Assembly: GCA_964392305.1 (NCBI GenBank)
Contig: CAYMPV010000029.1
Coordinates: forward strand, 3,171 to 67,170
Length of the DNA: 64,000 bases
Direction: 5' to 3'
Source: an uncultured candidatus Brocadiaceae bacterium
GTDB lineage: Bacteria > Planctomycetota > UBA1135 > UBA2386
Shown here one piece after another: positions 44,838-53,649 of this stretch. The position numbers and the translations under genes are program-made. Under the pieces are notes generated by a model that worked only from the letters and a program-made list of their open reading frames with translations, had not been told where the DNA came from and did not search any database. Position 1 is the first letter of the stretch; each line of letters starts with the position of its first letter.

Positions 44838-45791
44838 TCAGGTGGCCGCGTCGGCCAGCCATGCGGCCAGCGCGATGGCGACGGCGTAGAGCACGAAGAC
44901 GAGCAGGGCGAGCGGCTGGGCGGGGCGGGTGCGATGGAAGGTCGTCGGCGCCCGCCAGATCATGGCGGTGACTGCGATGGCGAGCGGGGCGGGCAACAAC
45001 CCCAACAGGAACCACGGTGAGTAGCCCATCGACGGCAGCGCGACCAACAGGCCGAACGCCAGCGCGTAGGTGAGCGCGACGAGCTTGCTGGCCCGCTCGC
45101 GACCCAGCTGCACGACCAGGTTGCGTTTGCCGGCGCCGACGTCGGCGCGGTAGTCGGGGAACTCGTTGGCGAGCAGGAACGCGGCGGTGCACAGGCCCAG
45201 GGGCATGGCCAACCAGAACACCTCCCAGCTCCACGTGCCGCGCTGCACGACGTAGGTCGCCATCGCGATCAGCGGGCCGTAGCAGAGCACGACGTCCAGT
45301 TCCCCGAGGCCGCGGTAGGCCAGACGCAGCGGCGGGCCGTGGTACGACCAGCCGAACAACAGTCCCACGAGGCCGAGCCACAGCGCCTGCGGTGCGCGGC
45401 CGAACACGATGGCCGCACCGAGCGCGCAGCCGACGGCGGCGAAACCCAGCGCCAGGCCCCAGGTCTGCGCGCGGGTCAGCAGCGCGTCGACGAGCACGCG
45501 TTTGCCACCCGAGAACCCGGTGCGGTCCTCGGGCAGGACCGCGAGATCGGTGCCCGAGTCGAAGTCGAAGACGTCGCCCCAGGCGTTCTTGGCGACCTCC
45601 ATGCAGAACAGGGCCGTGCCGGTGACCGCGAGCCAGCCCCAGTGCAGCGGCGCTTCGGCCGCGGCGACGCTGCCGCCGACCAACATGCAGGCCAGCGAGG
45701 TGATGCTGATCTTGGGGTCGGCGAGGCGCCAGAAGCCGCGCCAGACGTCGCCGCGCCGCCCGGCTGTCGCCGCGTCGTGATGCACGACCAT
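44838..45791 (-). CDS. UbiA-family prenyltransferase (MenA-like)
   Basis: ATG at 45791. About 8 TM segments. NAWGDVFDFDSGTD (NxxxDxxxD-like), LANEFPDYRADVGAGKRNLVV (second Asp-rich motif). Confidence 0.8.
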   Translation of the reverse strand: MVVHHDAATAGRRGDVWRGFWRLADPKISITSLACMLVGGSVAAAEAPLHWGWLAVTGTALFCMEVAKNAWGDVFDFDSGTDLAVLPEDRTGFSGGKRVLVDALLTRAQTWGLALGFAAVGCALGAAIVFGRAPQALWLGLVGLLFGWSYHGPPLRLAYRGLGELDVVLCYGPLIAMATYVVQRGTWSWEVFWLAMPLGLCTAAFLLANEFPDYRADVGAGKRNLVVQLGRERASKLVALTYALAFGLLVALPSMGYSPWFLLGLLPAPLAIAVTAMIWRAPTTFHRTRPAQPLALLVFVLYAVAIALAAWLADAAT

Positions 45792-45817
45792 GTCCCGCAG
45801 TCTACTGTGCTCGGCCG

Positions 45818-46441
45818 ATGTCGCGTCTCTTCGACTTGTGCGTAGGTAGCGTGCTGTTGGTGTTGACGGCGCCGCTGCAGGCGGCCATCGCACTCGCCGT
45901 GCGCTTCGACCTGGGCGCGCCGGTGCTGTTCACGCAGACGCGGCTCGGTCGCGGCGGCGTGCCGTTCTCGCTGCACAAGTTCCGCACGCTGCGCGAAGGC
46001 GAAGTCGCGCCCGCGACGCCGTTCGGGCGTTGGTTGCGGCAACTGCATCTCGACGAACTGCCACAGCTGTGCGACGTGTTGCGCGGCCGCATGGCACTCG
46101 TCGGTCCGCGGCCCGAGGTGCCCGCCAACCTCGAAGCGATCGACGGCGCGAGCCGCGCGCGGTTGTGGCGCGTCCGTCCCGGCATCACGGGACCGACGCA
46201 GTTGCGGTTCGTCGCCGAGGACGAGGTTCTCGCCGAACTGGCCGAGCCGCTCGACGTCTACCGAAGGGTGCTCGTGCCCACGAAGGTGCAGCACGATCTC
46301 GTCTGGCTCGAACAGCGCACCTGGTGGCGCGATCTGCTGGTGCTGTTGCGCACGCCGTTGGTGTTGCTGTCGCCGTTCGCGCGGCGGCGGTCGAAGTCGA
46401 TGGTGCGCGCGCTGCTCGGCTGCGGTCGGCCCGCGCCGTAG
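45818..46441 (+). CDS. small monotopic sugar phosphotransferase (bacterial sugar transferase, PglC/WbaP C-terminal type)
   Basis: RLFDLCVGSVLLVLTAPL, FTQTRLGRGGVPFSLHKFRTL, LDELPQLCDVLRGRMALVGPRP, RPGITGPTQL. Confidence 0.9.
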   Translation: MSRLFDLCVGSVLLVLTAPLQAAIALAVRFDLGAPVLFTQTRLGRGGVPFSLHKFRTLREGEVAPATPFGRWLRQLHLDELPQLCDVLRGRMALVGPRPEVPANLEAIDGASRARLWRVRPGITGPTQLRFVAEDEVLAELAEPLDVYRRVLVPTKVQHDLVWLEQRTWWRDLLVLLRTPLVLLSPFARRRSKSMVRALLGCGRPAP

Positions 46442-46442
46442 A

Positions 46443-47681
46443 TCAGCCGCCGTCGATGTGCTCGGGATCGTCGAGCACCAGGTCTTCGTCGCGCGCCTGC
46501 AGGAAACCCTCGGGCAAGGACACCTGCTGCGTGCCGCCGTCCTTGCAACGCCGTGCGCGCAGGGCCACCTCCGGGAACGGCAGGTCGCGCGGCAACACCG
46601 CGAGCAGCGCTTCGAGCTCGGCGCTGGTCTTGACCAGGTGCAGCGCCGGCAGGTGGCGCTTCATGCCGGGGAAACCCTTGAGGTACCAGCCGGTCCACTT
46701 GCGGATCTGCAGCATGCCGGTCTTCTCGCCGAAGAACCCGACCAGGAGGCGCGCGTGTTCGCGCAGCGTGTCGAGCACCTCGCCGCTGCCGGGCGGCGGC
46801 GCCGGCTCCTGGCCGGTGAGCACCGCGCACAGCTCGCCGAACAACCACGGCCGGCCCAGGCACCCGCGGCCGACGACGACGCCGTCGCAGCCGGTCTGCC
46901 GCAGCATGCGCAGGGCGTCCCAGCATTCGAACACGTCGCCGTTGCCGAGCACCGGGATCGTCTTGACGTGCTGCTTGAGGGTCGCGATCGCGTTCCAGTC
47001 GGCCTGACCCGCATAGAGCTGGGCGGCGGTGCGCGCGTGCAGTGCCACCGCCTTGGCGCCTTCGGTCTCGCCGATGTGGCCCGCGTCGAGGTAGGTCAGC
47101 AGGTCCTCGTCGATGCCCTTGCGGAACTTGATCGTCACCGGCACCTCGCCGGCGCCCTGCACCACGCTGCGCACGATCTTGGCGAGCAGGCGCGGCTTGA
47201 GCGGGATCGCCGCGCCGCCGCCGTTGCCGGTGACCTTGCGCACCGGGCAGCCGAAGTTCATGTCGATGTGGTGCACACCCCACTCGGCGACCAGGATGCG
47301 CGTCGCCTCGGCCAGCGTCGCCGGGTTGGCGCCGTAGAGCTGGATGCTCTTGAGCCCCTGTTCGTCGGCGCCGAACGACGCCAGTTGCAGCGTGCGCGAG
47401 TGCCCTTCGATGAAGGCGCGCGCCGTGATCATCTCGCTGACGTAGAGGCAGCGGTCGTCGGAGAAGCGGCGGCACAGCGTGCGGAACGGCGCGTTGGTCA
47501 CTCCGGCCATTGGCGCCAGCACGACCGGCGGGAACACCGCCAGCGGCCCGATCTGCAGCGGCTTGATCTCGCCAATCTGCGCGACCGGAACGTCGCGGTT
47601 CAGTTCGCTGCGCAGCGCGGTCGAGGTCACAGCAATGGGAGGAGGGCGGATGAGGCTAGGAGGAGGGTCGGCACGTGCCAC
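46443..47681 (-). CDS. dus: tRNA-dihydrouridine synthase
   Basis: VLAPMAGVTNAPFR, IDMNFGCPVRKV, VTIKFRKG, VALHARTAAQLY, GNGD. The N-terminal extension makes the start uncertain. Confidence 0.9.
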   Translation of the reverse strand: MARADPPPSLIRPPPIAVTSTALRSELNRDVPVAQIGEIKPLQIGPLAVFPPVVLAPMAGVTNAPFRTLCRRFSDDRCLYVSEMITARAFIEGHSRTLQLASFGADEQGLKSIQLYGANPATLAEATRILVAEWGVHHIDMNFGCPVRKVTGNGGGAAIPLKPRLLAKIVRSVVQGAGEVPVTIKFRKGIDEDLLTYLDAGHIGETEGAKAVALHARTAAQLYAGQADWNAIATLKQHVKTIPVLGNGDVFECWDALRMLRQTGCDGVVVGRGCLGRPWLFGELCAVLTGQEPAPPPGSGEVLDTLREHARLLVGFFGEKTGMLQIRKWTGWYLKGFPGMKRHLPALHLVKTSAELEALLAVLPRDLPFPEVALRARRCKDGGTQQVSLPEGFLQARDEDLVLDDPEHIDGG

Positions 47682-47817
47682 ATGGGTTCACTCCCCGCGG
47701 CTGCGTCTTGCGGCGTCACCGGCGGACCCGCAGCACCGCCATCGGCTCCAATCCGCCCGCCGCCGCCCAGTGCGTTGCGGGGCCCGCCCCACCAATCGCC
47801 AGTTCAGCAATCGCCAG

Positions 47818-47878
47818 TTTCTTCGGGCCTGCTCGTCCCTTCGGGCTCCGCCCGAAAGGACGAGCAGGCCCGAAGAAA
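47818..47878 (-). terminator. long perfect hairpin immediately 3' of tRNA-Leu
   Basis: 21-bp perfect arms TTTCTTCGGGCCTGCTCGTCC (47818-47838) and GGACGAGCAGGCCCGAAGAAA (47858-47878), with an inner mini-hairpin in the loop. There is no clean U-tract after the stem on either strand. Confidence 0.5.
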
Positions 47879-47879
47879 C

Positions 47880-47968
47880 TGGTGCCCAGGAGAGGACTTG
47901 AACCTCCATGGGATGTTACTCCCGCTAGGACCTGAACCTAGTGCGTCTGCCAATTCCGCCACCTGGGC
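47880..47968 (-). tRNA. tRNA-Leu (anticodon CAG), CCA encoded
   Basis: Reverse complement: GCCCAGGTGGCGGAATTGGCAGACGCACTAGGTTCAGGTCCTAGCGGGAGTAACATCCCATGGAGGTTCAAGTCCTCTCCTGGGCACCA. 7-bp acceptor stem GCCCAGG/CCTGGGC. Anticodon arm CTAGG-TTCAGGT-CCTAG. Long variable arm. T-loop TTCAAGT. Confidence 0.9.
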
Positions 47969-48089
47969 ACAAGTGGGGACGGAGGACGTTAGCGAGCGCC
48001 CGGTGACTTGCAAGAGGCGTGGCGACGTTTCTGCGCTGCCGTTGGCGTCGGGTTGGCTTGCGCTTTGCGGAACGATCCCGTAGCCAAGC

Positions 48090-48593
48090 ATGGCCATGGC
48101 CAAGCAGGGCAAGTCCAACAGCGCCGCCAAGCCCTCCGGCAAGAACGACCAGCCCGAGGTCCTGATCGGCGACAACCGCAAGGCGCGGTTCCGCTACGAG
48201 ATCCTCGAGACCGTCGAAGCCGGGCTGGTGCTGCGCGGCACCGAGGTCAAGGTGCTGCGCCAGGGGCACATCAGCCTCGACGAGGCCTACGCGCGCGTCG
48301 AGGTCGACGCGATCTGGCTGATCGGCGCCAACATCCCCGAATACAGCCACGGCAACCTGCAGAACCACGAGCCCAAGCGCAAGCGCAAGTGCCTGCTGCA
48401 CCGCAAGGAGGTGCGCAAGCTGCGCGTGCTGACCCAGCAGCAGGGGCTGACGCTGGTGCCGCTGCGCGTCTACTTCGGCAGCCGCGGTTTCGCCAAGGTC
48501 ACGATCGGCGTCGGCAAGGGCCGCAAGACGCACGACAAGCGTGAGCACCTCAAGGCCAAGGATGCCAAGCGCGAGATCCGCGAGTCGCGCTGA
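48090..48593 (+). CDS. smpB: SsrA-binding protein SmpB
   Basis: NRKARFRYEILETVEAGLVLRGTEVK, PEYSHGN, EPKRKRKCLLHRKEVRKL, GLTLVPLRVYF, GKGRKTHDKRE. Confidence 0.95.
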   Translation: MAMAKQGKSNSAAKPSGKNDQPEVLIGDNRKARFRYEILETVEAGLVLRGTEVKVLRQGHISLDEAYARVEVDAIWLIGANIPEYSHGNLQNHEPKRKRKCLLHRKEVRKLRVLTQQQGLTLVPLRVYFGSRGFAKVTIGVGKGRKTHDKREHLKAKDAKREIRESR

Positions 48594-48620
48594 ACGGCGC
48601 GCATTGGGCATGATGGCGGC

Positions 48621-49133
48621 ATGAGCCAGTCGATCCTGATCCTCGCCGGTGACGACTACGAAGACCTCGAACTGCAGTATCCGCGGCTGCGTCTGCGCGA
48701 AGCCGGTCTGCGCCCGCTGCTGCTCGGCATGACCGCCGGCGTCACGCACCGCGGCAAACACGGGTATCCGTGCCTCACCGATCTGGGGCTCGCCGACGTC
48801 GAGCCCGATGACCACGCCGGCATCCTGCTGCCCGGCGGATGGATGCCCGACAAACTGCGTCGCGTGCCCGCGATCCTCGACTTCGTGCGCCACTTCGACG
48901 CCGCCGGCAAGCTCGTCGCGAGCATCTGCCACGGCGGTTGGATCGCGATCTCGGCCGGCGTCGTGAAGGGACGTCGCTACACGGGCTCACCGGGCATCAA
49001 GGACGACCTCGTCAACGCGGGCGCGACGTTCGAGGACGCCGAGGTGGTGGTCGACGGGCACCACGTGTCGTCGCGCAAGCCCGACGACCTGCCGGCGTTC
49101 GTCGTGGCGATGCTGGCGGTGGTGGGCGGGTGA
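48621..49133 (+). CDS. DJ-1/PfpI family protein
   Basis: ILILAGDDYEDLELQYP, LLPGG, nucleophile elbow ASICHGGW, VVDGHHVSSRKPDDLPAF. Confidence 0.85.
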   Translation: MSQSILILAGDDYEDLELQYPRLRLREAGLRPLLLGMTAGVTHRGKHGYPCLTDLGLADVEPDDHAGILLPGGWMPDKLRRVPAILDFVRHFDAAGKLVASICHGGWIAISAGVVKGRRYTGSPGIKDDLVNAGATFEDAEVVVDGHHVSSRKPDDLPAFVVAMLAVVGG

Positions 49134-49137
49134 CCGC

Positions 49138-49707
49138 TCACTGGCGCGGCGTCACCACCAGGTCCTCGAGGAAGAACGCCGCGAGTTCGTGGCGGCCGGC
49201 GACGCCGGCCTTCTGGTAGATCGCGCGCGACTGTTGTCGCACCGTCGCCTCGCCGACGCTGCGCAGAACGGCGATCTCCTTGTGGCTCATCCCTTTGAGC
49301 AGCAGCATGGCGATCTCGCGCTCGGCCGCGGTCAGATGCCAGCGCGTCAGTTGGCGTTCGATCGCGGCGCCCAGGCCCTGCAGCAGATCCCGCGCTTCGG
49401 TGCGCCATTGCTCCGCTTCGGCTCGCACGCGGTGCAGTGTGGCGTCGAGGGCGACGAGGGCCGAAGCCGCGTTACGTTCGGCGTTCGCCAGGTTCTGCAT
49501 CCGGCGCCAACCCAGCCACAGTCCGAAGAGGCCGGCGAGGATCACCGTGGCTTCGAAAACGACATGAAAGAAGGTCGTGCCTTCGCCGAAGTCCGCGACC
49601 AGGTCGCTGGCGGCGAGCGCCGCGACGGCCCCGAACAGCAACACGACGGCGAGCAGGACGCGCCGTTCGGATCCGTCATCGGTGTGGTCGTCTCGTCGTA
49701 AGCCCAT
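49138..49707 (-). CDS. membrane-anchored LuxR/GerE-type HTH regulator
   Basis: Two N-terminal hydrophobic segments and a coiled region. C-terminal LTAAEREIAMLLLKGMSHKEIAVLRSVGEATVRQQSRAIYQKAGV. Confidence 0.8.
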   Translation of the reverse strand: MGLRRDDHTDDGSERRVLLAVVLLFGAVAALAASDLVADFGEGTTFFHVVFEATVILAGLFGLWLGWRRMQNLANAERNAASALVALDATLHRVRAEAEQWRTEARDLLQGLGAAIERQLTRWHLTAAEREIAMLLLKGMSHKEIAVLRSVGEATVRQQSRAIYQKAGVAGRHELAAFFLEDLVVTPRQ

Positions 49708-49822
49708 TGTTGGTGGAGCCTATCACGCATGACGGATGGAACGCGGTGGCTCACTGGCCGACCTTGCCTGGGCACGAGGCGTAGTGCCGAGTTGCAAGCA
49801 ACCCCAAACCCTGGAGCTACCC

Positions 49823-50338
49823 GTGGACCTTCCCCTGCATCCCAAAATCGTTCATCTGCCGATCGCCCTCGCCGTGCTGATGCCGCTGCTGACCAGCGGT
49901 CTGCTGCTTGCGATCTGGCGTGACTGGTTGCCCAAGAGGGCGTGGCTGGTCGCCGGCATCGGCCAGTTGCTGCTCGTCGGCAGCGGTTGGCTGGCCCTGC
50001 GCAGCGGCGAAGCCGATGAGCACCGGGTCGAGCGGCTCGTGCCCGAGGCGGTGCTCGAACAGCACGAAGAGGCGGGCGAGCGGTTCGTCTGGGGCGCCGC
50101 GTTCGTGCTCGCGCTGGTCGGCCTGCCGCTGCTGATGGGTGGTCGGCGGCCGCTGCGCGCGACTCTCGGTCTGGCCACCGTCGGCACGCTCGGCGTGCTC
50201 TATCTCGGTTACGACGTGGGGCAGCGCGGCGGCGAACTGGTCTACGGCCACCTCGTCGGCGACGCTCCGGCAAGTGCGTCAGCTGTCGACGCCCCGCCGT
50301 TCGCAAAGCTCCGACACGACGACGACGACGACCGCTAG
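49823..50338 (+). CDS. membrane protein, DUF2231-like
   Basis: LHPKIVHLPIALAVLMPLL resembles the DUF2231 N-terminus. 4 hydrophobic segments. GTG at 49823 follows CTGGAG. The track start at 49736 is also possible. The tail is DDDDDR. Confidence 0.5.
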   Translation: MDLPLHPKIVHLPIALAVLMPLLTSGLLLAIWRDWLPKRAWLVAGIGQLLLVGSGWLALRSGEADEHRVERLVPEAVLEQHEEAGERFVWGAAFVLALVGLPLLMGGRRPLRATLGLATVGTLGVLYLGYDVGQRGGELVYGHLVGDAPASASAVDAPPFAKLRHDDDDDR

Positions 50339-50992
50339 CTAGTCGTCAGCCGGCCTGGCCAGGGCACGCAACTTGACGACGAGTTCGCGTCGGAACGCAT
50401 CCAGTTCGGCTGCGGTCACGCCGGGTAGTCGGACCTCGTCGCCGATGCGCAGTTCGTCGAGGATCCATGCCAGGGTGCCCGCTGCGACGCCTCCGTCCTT
50501 GCGTTCGGCATCGGCCAGGATGCTGCTCAACTCCATTCCTTGCAGCAGGATCATGCGCAGATCGATCAGATCCCTGATCTCCGCGCGACCGAGCAGAGCA
50601 CAGACCTTGTTGGCTGCGATCTCGCGCAAGGAGTGCATGCGGATCCCGTCGGCGCTCTCCACGACCGTGTCGACCTCCGGCGCGCGGTCGATGACGAGAT
50701 CGACCACGGCCGACTCGTCCCCGCGTTGCACCATGAAGCGGTGGAACTCCGGATGGGAACGCAGCGAATGTAGCGTCCCGCCAACGGCCGCAGCGGCGCC
50801 CACGAGTGCGAGATGTCCTTCCTCGAGCGTCACTGGCGGTTTGGAGAACAGGTCGAGGTCATCGCTGGTCCGGTGTTGGAGGTGATAACCGACGAGGGCG
50901 CCACCGCCGGTCAGGACGAAACGACGTTCCCGCGCGAAGAACTCACGCAGCAGATCGGCTTGCAGCCGACTAAGTCCGGGGTAGGAGTCCAT
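50339..50992 (-). CDS. AbiEii/AbiGii-like nucleotidyltransferase (DUF1814-type putative toxin)
   Basis: ATG at 50992. FVLTGGGALVGYHLQHRTSDDLDLFS (NTase GS..DxD-like core), then IAANKVCALLGRAEIRDLIDL. Confidence 0.7.
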   Translation of the reverse strand: MDSYPGLSRLQADLLREFFARERRFVLTGGGALVGYHLQHRTSDDLDLFSKPPVTLEEGHLALVGAAAAVGGTLHSLRSHPEFHRFMVQRGDESAVVDLVIDRAPEVDTVVESADGIRMHSLREIAANKVCALLGRAEIRDLIDLRMILLQGMELSSILADAERKDGGVAAGTLAWILDELRIGDEVRLPGVTAAELDAFRRELVVKLRALARPADD

Positions 50993-51272
50993 CGATGCGC
51001 CATCCTTCGATGATCCAATGCCAGAACTTCCGCGACCTGCCGAGGTGACGATCGATGCGTGGCAGCAGTTCGAGCACGTCACGCAGTCGGAGCAGCTTCC
51101 ACACGTCTTGATAACGTGCTTCGCGCATCACGCGGCCCATCCACAACGCACGCTCGTCCAGGTCCGGTGAGGCGAGCTTCTGCCGCAATTCGGCGAACGT
51201 CACGTCCTCACTCCACAGGAAGTAGGGGCGCGCGTCGGGGTCGTCAAGGTTGGTGGACAGGGGTTTGTCCAT
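50970..51272 (-). CDS. small protein upstream of and overlapping the AbiEii-like gene (putative cognate antitoxin); family not recognised
   Basis: ATG at 51272 gives MDKPLSTNLDDPDARPYFLWSEDVTFAELRQKL..RSRKFWHWIIEGW. 23-nt overlap with the downstream gene. It is not an AbiEi-type wHTH as far as I can tell. Confidence 0.5.
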   Translation of the reverse strand: MDKPLSTNLDDPDARPYFLWSEDVTFAELRQKLASPDLDERALWMGRVMREARYQDVWKLLRLRDVLELLPRIDRHLGRSRKFWHWIIEGWRIDGLLPRT

Positions 51273-51722
51273 GGTGCGAGTCTCACCCCGGTTCGGGGGA
51301 CTGGGTTTCATGGTAGACACTCTCGGCCATTATCGGCTCGAGAGGGGGTTTGGCCATTTCGGATCGGTTCCTTCCCGAAGAGGCCAGTCGCCGCGACCGA
51401 TCGCCTTGTCGTGGCGAGCAGCTGTCGTCGCGCGCAAGTGGGCAGCGCGGCCTGCTCGCGGCAGATCCCGCATGCCATGGCCGGGGCGCGACGCGCTGCC
51501 GAGTTCGCACGCGACATCATGCTGACCGCTGATGACGGTGAGTGTCGTGCACGACGTGCTGTCGGGTCAGGCGGTGAGCGGCATCGGCATGCAGTTCGCG
51601 TTTGTCGGCGAGTTCGTGTTTCGCGAAGACCATCATCGCCGCGCGCTGCGTAACGGAGGCCACGGTTGCGGAGCGTGTCCCTTGCATCGAGCGCGGACAG
51701 GTCGCTGTCGACCGCAATCACG

Positions 51723-51792
51723 CGACGACATTCCGACGACGACATTCCGACGACGACATCGAGAAGGCGACACTCCGAAGGGCGACATGAAA
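51723..51792 (+). repeat. five tandem 14-bp direct repeats running into the start codon of the next gene
   Basis: Units: CGACGACATTCCGA (51723), CGACGACATTCCGA (51737), CGACGACATCGAGA (51751), AGGCGACACTCCGA (51765), AGGGCGACATGAAA (51779). The last unit contains the ATG at 51787. Confidence 0.85.
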
Positions 51793-53643
51793 GGGCAAGT
51801 ACTGGCAGCGAAGTTCGTGTGGTTGTTTCTCCTGACTGCGTCACTCCTGGTCGCAGCGGCGTTGCCGGCGCAGCAACTGCACGTCACCAACTTCAGCAGT
51901 ACGACGCGGTTCGAAGGTTGGATCCGGCGCGGCATCGACTGGTCGCCGGCTGCGCCGCGCGGCGCGGTGCAAGGCAACGCATTCGCCGTCGGCCGCGACC
52001 TCGGCATCGGCACGCGGGTGCTCGACGTGCACGTGCATCTCGCACCCGGCGCCAACCTCACGCTCGACTTCACGCAGCTCGATCCCAATCCGCCGGCCGG
52101 GCCGGCGGCGCCGTTCGTGGTGCCGTCGCCGACGATCGCCGGGGTGCCGTTCGTGCTGCGCTCTGCGCACGCCGACGGCGCGGGGCTCGACGTGCACTGG
52201 CGAACGCGCCTCGGCGACCTCGTCGTCGACCTGTGGTGCGTGCTCTATCCGGGGCAGACGTGGACCGCAGGCGAACTGCAGGTGACCGCTCACGGCCCGG
52301 CGCGCACGGCCACCGTTCCGGCCGGCATGGTGCTGCGCGGCGGCGGCGGTTTCGCCGTGTGCTCGCCGGGCGCGCCGAACGGCAGCGAGATCATTCCCGC
52401 CGGCACGACGATCGCCGCGGGACAGGGCTTCTCGACCTTGCCGGTCCTGTTGACCTCGATCAGCGGTGACCTCGAGTCGGCTGCCGTCGCCGGCCACCAC
52501 GCGTTGGGTGCCGTCGGCCTGCGCAACGTGTGGCCCATCGGCAATCCCTCGTGGCGCGCGTCGCGCGGTTCGCCGCTGGCATGGACCGCCGACAACTACG
52601 CCCGCACGCGCGCCAATCTGCGGGGCTGGAACGCCGATCCGCTCGGTGTGCGCGCCAACGCCAATACGTCGGGTGGCGAGGGCGACCAGGTGTTCGTCGG
52701 CGCCGAGTGTGGTCGCGGTGCGTCGAGCGCCGGCGCCGAACTGCCCAATCTGTTCGTCGCCTACGGCTACGCGCGGCGGCCGGGCAAGTGGCGTGAAGCG
52801 AACGGCGACGGGCTGTCGCCGTCCACGCATCAGGGGCTGGCGATGTTCGAGGCCTACCCCTTCGAGCGCGGCGGCACCCAGGAGATGCTCGGCCTCGCCG
52901 AGCTTCCCGATCGCGCCGACACGCACGACTGGTGGGAGTGGCGTGAGCACTGGTTCCGCAACCGGCTGTTCGTCTCCTATCGCCTGACGGGATCCTTGGC
53001 GCTGCAGTGGCAGATCGACCAGCTGGCGCGGCAGTATCTCTACGAACACACGCTCGACCCGGGCTTCAGCACCACCACCTACACCGGCGCGCTGCGTGGC
53101 TACGGCTGGTCCTCGCTGATGGTCTGGTGGTTGCACCACACGCTCGAGGACCGGCAACTCGCGAGCACCGTGCGCACGCGTTGGCTGACCCGCTGGCGCA
53201 CGATCGTCGCGCCGCGTTACGCCGGCACCGACTACTGGGACGTCCGACGCGACGACCGCCTCGGGCCGGGCCTGCAATGGCTCGCCTACCAGCAGGCCGC
53301 CGCGGTCATGTTCCTCGACATGGCCGGCCAGGTCTGTGATGCGCCCGATGCGCGCGATGCCGCGCTGCAGGGCGCGCTCGCCGTCGTCGATCGGGCGTTC
53401 ACCTACAACGGCCAGCGTTGGGTCGGCTACGGCTGGGTGCAGATGGCGGGCGGTGCACCGATGTCGCTGCCCGCGGGCGGCACCTTCGGCCCCGGCATCG
53501 AGTCGTGGATGACCGGCGCGGTCACAGTCGTGTTGCGGCGGCTGCCGCAGCATCAGGTGGCGCGCTGGATCCTGGACCAGTTCGTCGTCGAGAACAACGT
53601 CAACGGGCAGTGGATCGCGCCGGACGTGTTGCCGCCGCAGTAG
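51787..53643 (+). CDS. secreted hypothetical protein (618 aa), Trp-rich C-terminal half; no family recognised
   Basis: ATG at 51787 gives MKGQVLAAKFVWLFLLTASLLVAAALPAQQ. The C-terminal half has THDWWEWREHWFRNRLF, GYGWSSLMVWWLHHTLE and RTRWLTRWRT. Codon usage looks native (high GC3). Confidence 0.65.
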   Translation: MKGQVLAAKFVWLFLLTASLLVAAALPAQQLHVTNFSSTTRFEGWIRRGIDWSPAAPRGAVQGNAFAVGRDLGIGTRVLDVHVHLAPGANLTLDFTQLDPNPPAGPAAPFVVPSPTIAGVPFVLRSAHADGAGLDVHWRTRLGDLVVDLWCVLYPGQTWTAGELQVTAHGPARTATVPAGMVLRGGGGFAVCSPGAPNGSEIIPAGTTIAAGQGFSTLPVLLTSISGDLESAAVAGHHALGAVGLRNVWPIGNPSWRASRGSPLAWTADNYARTRANLRGWNADPLGVRANANTSGGEGDQVFVGAECGRGASSAGAELPNLFVAYGYARRPGKWREANGDGLSPSTHQGLAMFEAYPFERGGTQEMLGLAELPDRADTHDWWEWREHWFRNRLFVSYRLTGSLALQWQIDQLARQYLYEHTLDPGFSTTTYTGALRGYGWSSLMVWWLHHTLEDRQLASTVRTRWLTRWRTIVAPRYAGTDYWDVRRDDRLGPGLQWLAYQQAAAVMFLDMAGQVCDAPDARDAALQGALAVVDRAFTYNGQRWVGYGWVQMAGGAPMSLPAGGTFGPGIESWMTGAVTVVLRRLPQHQVARWILDQFVVENNVNGQWIAPDVLPPQ

Positions 53644-53649
53644 GTCGGT

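Noticed and set aside
51273-51722. Small ORFs in the 0.45-kb spacer (51283..51510 -, 51350..51532 +, 51517..51717 -)
   Set aside because: They have no RBS, show Arg-rich or odd composition, and mutually overlap. They were not called as genes. The stretch may be a decayed gene or a long leader.
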